From Planctomycetota bacterium (lineage in GTDB: Bacteria; Planctomycetota; UBA1135; UBA2386), in the NCBI GenBank assembly GCA_025459175.1, contig JALORC010000080.1, positions 443 to 64,442 of the forward strand: a stretch of 64,000 bases of DNA, in the 5' to 3' direction. Shown one piece after another: positions 63,890-64,000 of the stretch. The position numbers were made by a program, and so were the translations under genes. Within the stretch, counting starts at the first letter, position 1. Every line of letters starts with the position of its first letter. The notes below the pieces were generated by a model that did no database searches, was not told the DNA's origin, and saw nothing but the letters and a program-made list of their open reading frames with translations.

Positions 63890-64000
63890 ATGACGTGCGA
63901 AGCAGAAGACCTCATCGCCCGCCCCATGCAGCAGTCCTCACCGCCGCTGATCCCGCGGTTGTTCGGCGGCACCGAGATGACCGCCGTGGATGGGGCGGGC
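63890..64000 (+). CDS. 5' end of a hypothetical gene running off the window
   Basis: ATG 63890 is preceded by the strong purine-rich RBS AGGAAGGAAG. Open for all 37 codons to the window end: MTCEAEDLIARPMQQSSPPLIPRLFGGTEMTAVDGAG. It is too short to assign. Confidence 0.35.
   Translation, partial: MTCEAEDLIARPMQQSSPPLIPRLFGGTEMTAVDGAG

Noticed and set aside
63379-63972. 197-aa reverse ORF and the plus-strand ORFs 63443-63658 and 63496-63783 in the argA upstream region. I considered a decayed XRE-type HTH (…SELAE…GVGRPASSG…) or a PIN-like fragment (…RITFVDTARHFDAAEP…).
   Set aside because: There is no continuous frame with convincing motifs, no RBS, and Arg/Ser/Pro-rich composition. The resemblances rest on 5-10 residues each. 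The region is left as intergenic apart from the 50-nt repeat.

Overview
This is a very GC-rich bacterial chromosomal window (about 70 percent GC by eye, not computed). It holds about 45 protein-coding genes on both strands. I could recognise no rRNA, tRNA or CRISPR array. Because of the GC content, almost every real gene is mirrored by a long Arg/Ala/Gly-rich shadow ORF on the opposite strand. I chose strands from amino-acid composition, recognisable motifs, signal peptides, ribosome-binding sites and start/stop coupling. All family names come from memory of motifs; no database was searched.

Gene content:
- a DUF1549-LamG-DUF1553 / DUF1501 pair
- two ECF sigma factors, one fused to a membrane-spanning C-terminal region and one divergent from a TPR Ser/Thr kinase
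- many secreted repeat proteins: two paralogous beta-propeller proteins, a Kelch protein, a beta-helix protein and CarboxypepD_reg-like proteins
- a CotH kinase, a ROK regulator, topoisomerase III and a Fic protein
- a flavin-dependent halogenase with a heme-oxygenase-like partner
- a small-subunit/GMC-oxidoreductase/GH3 operon
- NUDIX, TrxC, ArgA, a Y1 (RAYT/IS200-like) transposase and several gene relics

This repertoire suggests a PVC-type (Planctomycetota-like) organism, which is inference only.

Most notable observations:
1. An unannotated SelW/Rdx-like selenoprotein gene has an in-frame UGA (C-V-V-U motif) and a SECIS-like hairpin. It is translationally coupled to a SenB/TIGR04348-like glycosyltransferase inside a five-gene operon.
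2. Five otherwise unrelated secreted proteins share a roughly 100-130 aa C-terminal module, with two conserved cysteines in four of them.
3. One ECF sigma factor is fused to a transmembrane helix and a large extracytoplasmic region.
4. An orphan halogenase is paired with a heme-oxygenase-like protein.
5. A small-subunit/GMC oxidase/GH3 ligase operon is tightly coupled by ATGA overlaps.
6. A Fic gene with deviant codon usage and a non-canonical motif sits in a patch of decayed genes.
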